Below are positions 62,161 to 64,000 of a stretch of DNA of 64,000 nucleotides, one piece after another. The notes below the pieces were generated by a model. The model did no database searches. It was not told the DNA's origin and saw only the letters and a list, made by a program, of their open reading frames with translations. This DNA is from Basidiobolus meristosporus CBS 931.73. Lineage: Eukaryota; Fungi; Basidiobolomycota. The position numbers and the translations under genes were made by a program. Location: assembly GCA_002104905.1 (NCBI GenBank), contig MCFE01000315.1, positions 1 to 64,000 of the forward strand, written 5' to 3'. Each line of letters opens with the position of its first letter. Position 1 is the first letter of the stretch.

Positions 62161-64000
62161 TGTTATAATCTGCCACTTGAATATTTACGTTAGATCAGTT
62201 TTTGGTCAAATCAATTACTATATCTTTAGGTTATCAGTATATCAGTATTATCTATCAAATCAGTAGCATTAGTCAGCAAATGAATCAACAGATCCCTATC
62301 AGACAGAAATAGATCTATTAAGTTGGGTCTTATTGGGTGATGATGATGCAATCAAATGTGTCATCAGTCACAACCTACATTAGGAAATACAATTAGTCAG
62401 CAATTGATCTTGAAAAATATATATAAGGAGCTGCTGGAACCTCAATAAAAATGAGTTCAAGTTTTAGTGAATACAATACTAGCTAAACTCCCTATTCCTC
62501 CACAACTCTAATACCAAGACTTGTAACATTAGTAGCAGCAATAACCAGAAATCTCCCTCCCGAAGAAAGAAGAAACCACCCTCAAGATGTTGGACAATCA
62601 AGAATAGAAGAATGCTATGCATCAAATCCTGGCCCAACAGCAACAGGTACTCCAGATCCTCAGCCAACAGCAACAAGGAATAACCACCATGGCTCAGAAC
62701 CAGCAAAGCCTGGTTAAAAGCAGCTTTAGTGTGAAGGTCAACCGGTACCGTGGCAGAGTCAATGAAAACCTGGGAACTTGGCTCTTCCAGATGGAAGAAG
62801 CTTTCAAGGATAAAGGAATTGCTCCAGAAAGCAAGTTGCATTATGCAGCCTCTTACCTGGCAGACACAGCTTTGCAGTGGTACCACAACAAGATCAGGTC
62901 AGCCACTATGATGGGATGATCTACAATCTCTACCTGGGATGAGTTTGTGTTGGAAATTCAGGATGCTTTTGAACCTCCACACCAGCAGACTTTACTAAGA
63001 AGGATGTTAAAGAGACTCAGGCAGAAAGGAATGGTTCAAGAATACATCTATGAGTACAGATGTCTACTTGGACAAATTGGAAGAATGGACCCCCTGGATC
63101 AAGTTCAATACTTTATTGATGGGTAGAAAGAAAGAACTTGTAAGGAAGTGAATTATTGAATACCTCAGACTATTGAAGAAGCCATCAAGATTGCCATTGA
63201 CTAAGACTCAGCTATGTTTGGAGCTGGGAAGCCTACAGTGACTAATCAGAAAGGCTACAATCATTATGAAAGAAGACAGTCAGAAGCAGTACCAATGGAA
63301 ATAGACGCTATGCAGACAAATCCTACCTCAGAAGAATGTAGGAAGAAGGGACTTTGCTTCAATTGCCACCAGCAAGGACATATTGCAAAGTACTGACCTC
63401 AGAGAAGAAATGGACACCAGCCATCAAGAACCTTGAGCCGTATTGAGGCCACAGAGCATAGTAACATGGAGGATGAACTTGAAGAAGACTCAGAACTCAC
63501 CTTTGACATGACAGAAGAATACCTACTCCAGATGACTTCAAACTCAGGAAAGCTATTGTACTTGAATGGAGTATTCAGTGGAGTACCTGTCAAGATTGTG
63601 ATTGACTCAGGAGCATTGCCATAGCACATGTCAGAACAATTTGCTTTGAAGGCTGGAGTCAACTCAGAACCTACCAAATCAACTTCAGTCTCAACAGCTG
63701 ATGGGAATTCTCACATAATCTACCGTATTACTCAGGCAGTAAGAATGAAGATCAATGACTATGAAGAAGACCTACAGGCTTATATATTTGGGAACTGCAA
63801 GTTTGACCTTGTACTTGGAAAAACCTGGCTATTTTGTTGTAATCCATCAATCAACTGGAGAACCCATGCTACTCAGTTCCAAAAAGACAACAAGACCTAT
63901 GAGCTATTACCTGCCAGGCTGGATTTCAACTTGGTCAATTCCTGTATGTGTGAGACTAGTGAACTTGGCAATACCCAGTTCTGTAGAGCACTTAGAAAAG
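62161..64000 (+). mobile_element. Gypsy family 1: 5' LTR (62161-62528), gag, CCHC knuckle, protease; runs off the window edge
   Basis: WLFQME, CFNCHQQGHIAKY and VIDSGA; in-frame stops present. Confidence 0.88.

Noticed and set aside
1-64000. rRNA, tRNA or snRNA genes
   Set aside because: No recognisable conserved RNA motifs were seen; tRNAscan-SE or Infernal would be needed to exclude small RNAs.

Overview
This is a eukaryotic, fungal-type window. Genes have short GT-AG introns (54-69 nt). An early-diverging fungal lineage is my inference only. There are two compartments. (1) CpG-rich genic zones (~1-14.4 kb and ~19.1-27.0 kb) hold an Lsi2/ArsB-NhaD-type transporter, a class I G-protein alpha subunit, a 57-aa NDUFA4/B12D-like small ORF missed by the ORF track, an NsdD-type GATA factor, and two or three unidentified spliced genes. 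(2) Strongly CpG-depleted transposon graveyards (~14.5-19.1 kb and ~27-64 kb) hold Copia relics, solo LTRs, two Ty3/Gypsy families, a CACTA/EnSpm-like element and a PIF/Harbinger-related (PHIS, Pangu-like) family with fully palindromic MITEs. One solo LTR is nested in inverted orientation inside another. The CACTA-like element has CCCTA-type TIRs, a GAT TSD and a divergent second ORF; the PHIS family makes 3-bp A-N-T/C TSDs. Several insertions resolve to the base, and removing them restores the host reading frame. The most notable signals are the Pangu-like transposon/palindromic-MITE system and direct CpG->TpG/CpA decay between copies. The transposase ORF also has no CpG although the rest of the same copy is CpG-rich, which suggests TE recoding to evade a CpG-directed genome defence. 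No rRNA, tRNA or CRISPR array was recognised.
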